A stretch of DNA of 64,000 bases, taken from assembly GCF_001194135.2 (NCBI RefSeq), contig NC_068985.1, positions 1,378,815-1,442,814 on the forward strand, in the 5' to 3' direction. Below, in pieces: positions 54,101 through 64,000 of this stretch. The notes under the pieces are model-generated. The model saw only the letters and a program-made list of their open reading frames with translations. It ran no database searches and was not told the origin of the DNA. The stretch comes from Octopus bimaculoides. Its lineage: Eukaryota. Both the position numbers and the translations under genes were made by a program. Numbering within the stretch: position 1 is the stretch's first letter; every line of letters begins with the position of its first letter.

Positions 54101-54224
54101 TGACTAGAATATTAAACAATCATAAGCTTCGTTGTGGTCATTTGCACAATTAAAAATAGCAGTCAAATCTCCTTTAAATTATACATTAATCCAGGATTAA
54201 CAATTCCTGAACAAACAGAAGTCT

Positions 54225-54380
54225 GCAGGGATAGATGTGTGGTAAGAAGTTTGCTTCCTAACTACACGGCACCAGGTTCAGTTCCACAGCATGACACCTT
54301 GAGCAAGTGTCTTCTACTATAGCTTTGGGCTGACCAAAGCCTTGTGAGTGGATTTGGTAAATGGAAACTGAAAGGATCCC

Positions 54381-54459
<79 letters not shown>

Positions 54460-54640
54460 CTACCCTTCCACCATTTGACAACCATTGTTGGTGTGTTTAT
54501 ATCCATAACTTAGCAGTTGAGTGAAAGAGACTGTTGGAATAAGTACAGGTTTAAAAGTAGTGGGGTTGATTTATTCAACTCAAATTCTTCAAGGCAGTGC
54601 TCCAGCATGGCCATTCTCACAACTGAAACATGTAAAAGAT
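54225..54640 (+). mobile_element. SINE family B copy with internal (GT)n and 3' tail
   Basis: A/B-box head, (GT)n, then a tail also seen at 24890-25070. Confidence 0.85.
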
Positions 54641-56758
54641 AAAAGATAAAAGACCGAATGCCTTTGATGAAAGGTTGATTGGAACAGAGCTAACACACTG
54701 GATCAGAAAGTAAGATCTCATCAAGCCAACATAATTGATGTCCTCACCCACAACTGAATCTCTTTCAACAAACATTTGACCATCTTTAAAATTCTGACTA
54801 CATATTATTAAAATCCCAAATTTTACCCCAGAGTCAGATATAAATAGAAATTGGTTTGAACTCATATTTAATGACCGTTTCCTTCAGTCACTATCCCAAT
54901 GGGGTTCAATTTGAGTTGACAAGCCTACTTTGCAACATTATTAGTTATTTAGCTGTATCAAATGCTCTCCAAACACGTTATCTAGATTCAGTAATCGTTG
55001 AATTTATTTATTTTTCTTTTTTTAAATAAGTCAGAGGATTTTTGTAAATAATTTTTGTTGGAAAATTTACTGAGAAATAATAACTGAAATATCAGCATAA
55101 GGCTAAAAGCTGCCGACTGTTCAAGTTGTCTGTTCTTTTGGTTCAGTCAATGATGTGTCTGCACACAAATAGCATTAATAAAACAAACAAAAAACCGGCT
55201 CTTTTTTCAAAAAAAGAAAAGAAAAAGAAAAATACTTAATCAAATATAAATAAATGCAGATTTTTGTAATTTTAACAAATCTGTTCCACTTTACATTTAT
55301 TTCACAAAAACTTTCAATTTTTTGTCAAGAAATCCCTTTAGTGATTCTCAAGGTTTTTTTTTTACTTATTTTTTTTACGTGCAAAAATGTCTTCACAGCA
55401 TTTCTGCATTTTTCAACTTTTCTAGATTTTATATTTATCTTTCTACATTAACAGCTACATGGCATGTGCATGATTTCATTAACAATGTCCTTCTCACAAT
55501 ACAAATTGAAAACATCACACACCCGTACACACACAAACAACACACATGCACGTAGTTATATACACTTAGGTATATCAATATAAGTCTTAATATATATGTA
55601 TGCGAATGTGTGCATGTGTGTGTATATGTACATATATGCATCTTATATACATGTGTATGTGTGTGTATACTGGTGTGTATGTATTCGTATCTAAGTGGCT
55701 GTTGTGTGCATGCATATGTTTATTTTGTGCACAAAGGTAAAAAAAAAATGCATATATTTAGACACATGTTTGAACTTTTAAATACACACACACACACACA
55801 CACACATCGATGCTGCATTTTTCTGCTTCCTAACATTTTTATGCCTGTCAAATAAAGGAGAGGAATAAAAATAATTCTAATGCATAAAAAGATTTTACTT
55901 CCTAAAAACTTGCTTTCGGTAAAATGTTGTTGTTGCCCCCAAATTTGCATTCCAACCAAATGGTATTTCTTTCTCTGCAAATTATCATTTTTGAAAGTTT
56001 TTGATGTTGTGCAATACCAAACCATTATGCCTCTCTGACAAACTAATTAAACTTCAAACACTCTCTGAACTTAGAATTACGCTGGCAATTATTGGCAATA
56101 AATTCTCATTTAAAACATGTCATAAGACTAGAGTTATGCTAAATTCTCAATTGCCTGTCAATGCATCTTCTCATGAAATCCGAGAGACAGAGGAAGATAG
56201 AAGGTGAGAGAGAGAAAAGGAGAGAGAGGGGAGAGAGAGGGGAGAGAGAGGTGTATAAACATACATTAATTTTCAGAACATATTTTTCGTTATGTACATT
56301 CCAATCTAAGAAAGTTCTGCTTAGATTCCTGTATAGCAAAACATTTATACTCCAAATAATACATATCTAAGATGATGGAGATCATTTCATTAATATATGA
56401 TTATTGAATATTTGGAGGGTATCTTGTTTGTTTGCTTGTATGCATGTGTGTTTGAGTGTGTGTATATGTGTGCATATGGCTGTGTTTATATGCCTCTGTA
56501 TCTGTCAGCATAGTTCCTAGTATTCATGTCTACATATCTATATTTTGTACATTTTTATAACAACATATCTACGTCTATCTACTCTACATTTCATTACAAC
56601 TTTACAATTTTCTTTTGTCTGCTTACTTCATCTTCTCGATTGATATTAGCTGTTGGTTTGGTCCTTACGTTGAAAATCAAAATTCATTCCTTCTTCTGAT
56701 CAATCTACAACAGCATACATGTACACACGCACACACACACACACACACACGTGTGTGC

Positions 56759-56891
<133 letters not shown>

Positions 56892-57051
56892 AGTAGATGT
56901 AAGGATAAGAAAGTTAGGCAGGTCGATATACAAAGAAAATTTAATACATTAAATGCAAAATATATATATATGCTTACATATAAAAAAGTTCGACTAACAC
57001 AGAATAGAAATGATATCAGGAATTAAAGGAGTTGAAGAGGAGTATTACAAA

Positions 57052-57140
57052 TCCAACAGCTGTTTCTGGGGGGCTTGGTGGTACAAAATAATTATTGTGA
57101 ATTGATTTCATCAGATGATACGAGCCTCTATCTTCAGGGA
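57052..57140 (-). ncRNA. Hammerhead motif, diverged paralogue of 25270-25360
   Basis: Minus strand TCC-CTGAAGA-TAGAGGCT...AGCCCCCCA-GAAAC-AGCT-GTT-GGA; stem II has mismatches; flanks align with the 25.2-25.4 kb copy. Confidence 0.7.
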
Positions 57141-57374
57141 AGATATCTTACATTTGAGGTGTTGACAGAAAGGAAATTAAAGACGGAATAATTTTGTGGA
57201 GAGCTAAGTGTATTAGAGGGGGAATTTGGGAGGTATTCAGATAGAGAATAGTGAGAGGAGAAAATAAGTTTCAAGGGTTAGGAATTTCAAGTTTAACCCG
57301 TTTGAGCACTACTAAGTGCATTCTATATGGAGAATATCTGATTCTCATCTATGAACTATATATATGTATATATA

Positions 57375-57650
57375 TCATCATTATCTCGTTTAAGGTTCGC
57401 TTTCCATGCTAGTATGGGTTGGACGGTCTGACTGAGGACTGGTGAGCCAGAAGGCTACACAAGGCTCCAATCTGATCTAGCAAAGTTCCTACAGCTAGAT
57501 GCCCTTTCTAATGCCAACTACTCCAAGAGTGTAGTAGGTGCTTTTACGTGCCACTGCCACAAGGACCAGGCCGGCAGCACTGGCATCAGCCACACTCAAA
57601 AGGTGCTTTTTATGTGCCACTGGCACAGGTTCCAATCAGGCGGTACTGTC
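57375..57650 (-). mobile_element. SINE family A copy
   Basis: CGTTTAAGGTTCGCTTTCCATGCTAG...GTGCTTTTACGTGCCAC. Confidence 0.85.
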
Positions 57651-58225
57651 CACACATACACACACACACACACACACACATTATTGTGTCTGGGGAGGGT
57701 CGTTCTCTTTTACTACCTTATTACTTAACACACTCACTGGTTTGATTTCCACTCGTTTACTTATTTTACTTAGTTTTGTTGCATCTTGCAACCTCTTCAA
57801 TAGTTGTTGACTTTGTTTGTTATCAGAGCTGTATTCTTTTTGTTTGTTTGTTTGTTTGTGCACATGTGTGTGTGTCAGTGTGCAAGTGCATATGCATATG
57901 TATGTATGTGTGTGTATGCATGTGTGTAAGTTTGTATATATGTATTCTGCATATTCATGTGTTTTTGTGTTCATGTGTGTGTGTTTGTATGTGTATTTGT
58001 GTATGTACCTCTGTCTCCAAGTGTGTGATGTTTGAGTGTGTCTATGTGTATGGGTTTGCATGACTATGTATGTGTGTCTGTTATGTATGGATGCGTGTCT
58101 TCATATGTGTCCTTGTGTGTGCATGAAGTGTACGTATGTGTATATGGTCATGTGTTTCAGTCTTCATTTGTGCATGTATGTGTGTATATGTGTGTGTGCA
58201 TGCTTGTCTGTCCGTATTACCTATG

Positions 58226-58892
58226 TTCAACCCTCAGTCCCCTCTTATTCATCATAGTCCTCCAGGCAATAACAGAGGAATTCAAGACAGGCTGCCCCTG
58301 GGAACTCCTCTTTGCTGATGATCTGGCCCTCATAGCAGAATCACTACCAGAACTAGAGAAGAAATTCCAGGTGTGGAAGCAAGGTTTAGAATCAAAAGGC
58401 CTTAGAGTCAATGTAACAAAGACCAAAGTTCTAGTAAGAAGGAAGGTGAACACATTTTACACCCCTTCAGGTAGGTGGCCCTGCTCAATCTGTAGAAAAG
58501 GTGTAGGTAAAAACTCCATAAGATGTACCCAGTGTAAGCTATGGGCACATAAGAGGTGCAGCAACATCAGAGAAAGATTAACCGAGAAGATAGCTTTCAT
58601 GTGAGGCAGATGCACAGGGGCAATAAACACTACAGATGCTTAGAAAACAGATTCCATCACACTTCAGGGGAAGAAACTAGAAGTAGTTGATAGCTTCTGC
58701 TACCTAGGTGACCAAGTTAGTAGTGGGGGGGGGGGNNNNNNNNNNAGAAGTAGTTGATAGCTTCTGCTACCTAGGTGACCAAGTTAGTAGTGGGGGGGGG
58801 GGTGCTCAGAGAGTGTTACCACTAGAATAAGAATAGCCTGGGCAAAGTTTAGAAAGCTTCTACCCCTACTGGTGACAAAGGGCCTCTCGCTC
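58226..58892 (+). pseudogene. RTE-clade LINE reverse transcriptase fragment with an inserted PHD-like Cys-rich domain
   Basis: LSPLLFIIVLQAITEEFKTGCPWELLFADDL...GLRVNVTKTK, then CSICRKGVGKNSIRCTQCKLWAHKRCS, then EVVDSFCYLGD and RIRIAWAKFR; internal stops. Confidence 0.92.
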
Positions 58893-60496
58893 AACTTAAT
58901 AGAAGTATTAATAACATACAAGCATATAGACATTTATATATTTTTATAAGCCCGCAAATATCTAAAAATATTAAAAAACATTTATAAATACATAGGCACT
59001 TTAAAAAATATATAAGTAAAATAAGTACAAAATATATACATAATAAGATATAAAAACGTTTATATTATATAAGACATAATTAATTATAAATTCATACGAT
59101 ATACGATATAGAGGAATGAAAATTTAGAGGTCATATTTCTTATGATGATGGTGATGATGATGATGATGATGATGGGAATGGGGTTCTTTATCTCGCCTCA
59201 GTTACTTGTTGAAGTTTTCCTACAGCTTTTACCCTTTCACAACCAGGTCTACCTATCTCCAGCTCATCTAGACTGAATAAAAGTTATCTAATAGATTTAC
59301 GCTCCCATTCGTAAGTTAAGATGTTGTTTCCAAGGCTTTTGAAACTGGGAACAACCCAACCCTTAACGGTGCATCCCCTTTCACACTGCGACATTATTTA
59401 ACCTTTCATTGCCAGACAAAACTTTATCTCCATTGAAGTTGTTTTCTCTCGCATCTGATCAATTGTCAACAGAGCAAATAAAAGTTCCCTAATTGTGTAC
59501 AAGCCCACATATGCACAGTTATTTAATAGGCATTAATAATCGAGTAAGGAGCTGTCACCATTTTCTCTTTCTTCCTTTCACTAAGCATCTATTTTGAAAC
59601 CAGACATAATATTTACTCAATCCATATGCAACATATAACACAACCAATAAAAGTGCAGAAGAAAATTAAAAAAAACAGATAATAATGGTGTAAATCAAAT
59701 TCCCCTGTGGAGGCAGAGAGGAGACAGAAATAAAAAGAGGTCACAACTATGAAGTCAAAACTTTGGAATATTTCCCTCAAGATCTTTTTCATGTAACAAT
59801 GACATTCTTCTGGGAGACAAAAATATAGAAACACATCCATAAATATTCTTTCACAAATACAGATTATAGACATGCTCACATCTCCTTTACTCGTGGTTCC
59901 TTTTTTTAATGCAAACACACAATAATCACGTGATTATACAGGCTGAGAAACACACACACACACACTGAGGAAGAAAATCCTCTTTGGCTATCAAGTTTGT
60001 GTGAAAATTCTCTGAAATTTTATCAAAGGATAACAAAGTATGGAAACCTCTATAGTTTAGATTGAAAGAAACGAAGGAAAGAAGGGTGTGAAAGTGTGAA
60101 TGGTCAATGAGGGTTGTAGATTTATGAGCAAAAAATTAATTAATTAGGCAAAGAATTAACTAATTAGGCAAAGAATTCTTTTGAATGAATTAACATGTTT
60201 GGAGTTCTTCAGCTATTTTAGCCATTACCTATTTGAACAGCGTTAATTGTCAACATTGGAATGGTTTGTTTCTAGGAAGCCAACCATTTTATGAAATGGA
60301 ATTCCCCAAGGAGATGAATTTTCAGGGATTCAAAATTTCGTTAATATTCTTCTGTTTGTGGTTGTTATTGTTGATACATCTGTTGTTGTTACTGCTGTTG
60401 TTCTTGTTCTTTTCATCATCATCACCATCATCATCTTTGTCGTCATCATCACCATCATCATCTTTGATACTATCATTGTTGTTTTCTTATCTATTT

Positions 60497-60531
<35 letters not shown>

Positions 60532-61489
60532 CCCATTCACTTCAAGATTCCAATTGTTTCCCTTCTTTCAATAACAATTTTTATTTCTCATTTCAAATTA
60601 GAATTTCTCTGTTCTTTTTTGTTTATATTTTTAATTTGTTTCTTTAAGCTTCTACAATTCTGAATCTACTTACGTTTGCATGTATCTGCACACACACATA
60701 TGCTTCCATACATTATGTCTGTACATGTATGTATGTATGTATGTATGTATGTATGTATGTATGTATATGAGAGTGTTTGTATATGTGTGATATTAATATA
60801 TGTATGTGTATGCTTACTTCAAGATTTATCTAAGTTTCTTTTCCCCTTTGTAGAATTCCAGCTGATCACTGCAAAGGGACAACGCTCATTTTGTTTAAGC
60901 CAAGACAGCTCATGGGGGTCTATGGACAACTTAATTGATTGGGGCACACATGCATGCACACGTGTGTGTGTGTGTGCCTCTGTGTGTGTGCATGGATAAA
61001 CTTACACTCACGCAGTGGGTATACATGGCACTTGAGGGCGCACGTGCTTCATTGCTGGTTATGTGTGCATATATATGAGTGTGTGTGTATGTGTGTGTTT
61101 GTTTCTTTGAGACTCTACAATTTGTGTATTTTGTCTATGTGTATTCCATGATTTTGCGTTCAGCCTTGGATTCTCAATGAGATAATCCTTGACATATTTT
61201 ACAGGGCTTTCTTTAGTATTAATACTAATCGGTTGAATTAGGATAGAAATCATTTTGCTTTGTTCTGTTTTGGATAATCTTGGGTTTTGTGCAAACCGAT
61301 TGTTTCGTAGCTCAGTGCAAGGTATATTCATCGTTTGGTTATAGGAGTCAAGAGTCTTTTATTAGCTTGCCCTGGCCCCTATTTACACATAGATAGTTAC
61401 ACATATGCATAAAGACATTCAAACATGCATATATATATACACACATACATATATAAATTCATGCATATATACATACAAACAGGCATGCA

Positions 61490-61575
61490 TACATTCCTAC
61501 ATGCATGCATTCCTACATGCATACATTCCTACATGCATGCATTCCTACATGCAGGCATTGCTATATGCATGAATT
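61490..61575. repeat. Short minisatellite, 16-bp unit ACATGCATGCATTCCT
   Basis: About five degenerate tandem units. Confidence 0.8.
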
Positions 61576-61881
61576 CGTACATACATACATTCTCACATTA
61601 ATACATTCCCACAGGTCAGTGCTAGTAGTAGAAGAAAATATATGTGAAGATGTATACACATGTATATATTAGACATGTATATATGTATTTATTTATACAG
61701 ATATTTATACATATCAACATCCAGATGTACACATATGCATATATTAGATATGTATATATATATAAATACATATATACATGTCTAAAATATGCATATGTGT
61801 ACATCTATTTTCATTCCTCCAATTCACTCTCTATTTCGTATCTTATCTAAATTAACTATTGCTTAACCATTCTCTCACACT

Positions 61882-61929
61882 GTCTCCGATGAAGGGATAT
61901 AATAAATATCCTGGAAACAGCTGTAGGAC
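61882..61929 (+). ncRNA. Hammerhead-like motif with U4-to-C core variant
   Basis: GTCT-CCGATGA-A-GGGATAT aataa ATATCCT-G-GAAAC-AGCT-GTA-GGAC. Confidence 0.6.
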
Positions 61930-62130
61930 CTTCTATTTATAATTGTTCTAAAATCTACACAGCCTTGGTTTTAAAGAAAATCTTTATATACACATGCTGA
62001 TATATGGCCTACGTTGGACCCCTTATTCACATAATCACTGAACCTGGAGCTTAATTGTGGTCTATCCACAGCACTTACTCAGCATTACCTGACATCTCTG
62101 GGGCTCATTGACACCACTACCGCTCATAAC

Positions 62131-62162
<32 letters not shown>

Positions 62163-62429
62163 GTACACACACCCCCTCTTGAGTTGACTTTCTATGCCCA
62201 TATACTGTTCCAGCCTACCAAACTTCCATAGTTCCATGTAAGGTAATATTTCCACTAGTACAGACATGTTTTCCAGAAAGCTTGCAAACAAACAGCACCA
62301 ATTGTTTACAATTAGAGTGTAATGTCATGACAAAGAAAACAAAAATACACACACACCCATGCACACAAATGTACGCATATATATATATATATATATACAT
62401 GCATGCTTACACACACACACACACATATA

Positions 62430-62483
<54 letters not shown>

Positions 62484-62969
62484 TATATATATATATACAT
62501 ATGCATATATACACATATATTCATACATATACACATACATGACTGACTTCTTTTCTCTTTCTACCTACCACATTCTCTAATAAGGCTATGTTTGCAGATT
62601 TACAACTTTGTTAGGGAAATCTGATATTTTCCTCAAGGCTGGACAAAGCAGACGGTCTCCTGAAATCCATCGATAATGGCTTTAAGAGAATAAAAAAAAC
62701 ATCCACCAACACAGAAATGTATTAGAGCTATGAACAAATAAATTATAAGTGGCTATATTATAAGAGTGTTTTAATTAAAGTCAGTCAGGATATTGAGCTG
62801 TTATGGATATTGGTTGGCAGTCATAAACAAATGAATGTATAATCCTGCTTAACTTCAAGAAGTTATTATTTTTTAATGACAGACATCAAGTTGGATTCAG
62901 TTAAAATAACTGAGCTAAACCAAGTATCTATTACAAGTATCTATTTGTACAACTATGTAAAGATATACC

Positions 62970-63400
62970 TAGGTGCAGGTATGGCTGTGTTGTTTAAGAG
63001 TCTACTTCTCAAACGCATAGTTTTGAGTTCAGCCCTAGTGTGTGGAATCTTGGCAAGTGTCATCTACTATAGCTCCAGGCTGATCAAAACCTTTTGAGTG
63101 GATTTGGTAGACAGAAATTGAAACATGCCTGTCTTATACGAGTGTGAGTGTATGTGCGTGTGTGTTTATGTTTCCATGTCTAGACGTTGTGAGACTGTAG
63201 TAAATGAGCATCATTTCTATCCAATGTTCTACAAAAACATGTCTGGCCATGGATAAGTATTACCTTGTTTGGAAACAGGAGAGGGTTGGTGACAGGAATG
63301 GCATTTGGCTGTAGAAAACTTGCATCAACAAACTCCATTCTATGGAAGCATGGAAAAGTGGACAGTGAAATGATGATGACAATGATGATGACAAGGATGG
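62970..63400 (+). mobile_element. SINE family B head followed by a family-A-related tail
   Basis: GGTGCAGGTATGGCTGTGTTG...GAGTTCAGCCC head; tail resembles 35640-35880. Confidence 0.7.
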
Positions 63401-63769
63401 GAAGGAGGAGGAAGAGGACAACGACAATGACAATGATGACGATGACAGCTCCTCCATATGGAAATGATGTAATTGTATTTTTTCCTTGAGCCATTCAACT
63501 TGTAACAAAAATTAAAATTCAGACAAACTTTATTCTTCCTGGTAATTAATTTGGAACGAATGTTCTTCAATTCTTTCAGTTCTTGCTTTGATAATTTTCC
63601 CCTTAAGCTTGCTTAGAAGTATATACATGCTATCCTGAAAGAATTACAACTTAAATAAACCATTCTTATAAGCAATGCTGTCTTTGGATATGGGCACCCT
63701 AGACTGTGATGTCCCAGGACCTCACAGTTCTTGAGGCCCATTCCACATTTATGTATGCTGTGGCTTGAT

Positions 63770-64000
63770 CATCATCATCATCATCATCGTTTAACGTCCG
63801 CTTTCCATGCTAGCATGGGTTGGACGATTTGACTGAGGACTGGTGAAACCGGATGGCAACACCAGGCTCCAGTCTGATTTGGCAGAGTTTCTACAGCTGG
63901 ATGCCCTTCCTAACGCCAACCACTCAGAGAGTGTAGTGGGTGCTTTTACGTGTCACCCGCACGAAAACGGCCACGCTCGAAATGGTGTCTTTTATGTGCC
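63770..64000 (-). mobile_element. Young SINE family A copy running off the window end
   Basis: CATCATCGTTTAACGTCCGCTTTCCATGCTAGCATGGGTTGGACG; CpGs retained. Confidence 0.9.

Noticed and set aside
58676-58802. Direct duplication of about 55 bp across a 10-N gap
   Set aside because: Most likely an unmerged contig overlap at a G-run, i.e. an assembly artefact

Overview
AT-rich eukaryotic genomic DNA that is very dense in microsatellites and has seven N gaps. The SINE families and repeat landscape look like a coleoid cephalopod, probably Octopus; this is recognition from memory, not a search. I cannot confidently call any host protein-coding gene, and almost all ORF-track entries are microsatellite or gap artefacts. 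Most of the window is decayed mobile DNA: a mariner, a hAT/Charlie (SPIN/GTF2IRD2-like) transposase, a Penelope-like (PLE) reverse transcriptase, a Tx1/L1-type LINE, two RTE LINE pieces, MITEs, a Helitron-like piece and about 20 tRNA-derived SINE copies. The main signal is about a dozen hammerhead-ribozyme (HHR) motifs on both strands, from at least 8 families with different stem sequences. All are minimal type-I folds (CUGANGA - stem II - GAAA), mostly with a palindromic stem III, the form known from PLE pseudo-LTRs. Several sit in foldback structures whose arms all read outward from the centre, often beside (TA)n. One lies downstream of a tRNA-like Pol III head, suggesting a SINE carrying a PLE-type ribozyme tail. 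A few splice-site-flanked micro-exon or recursive-splice candidates are reported at low confidence.
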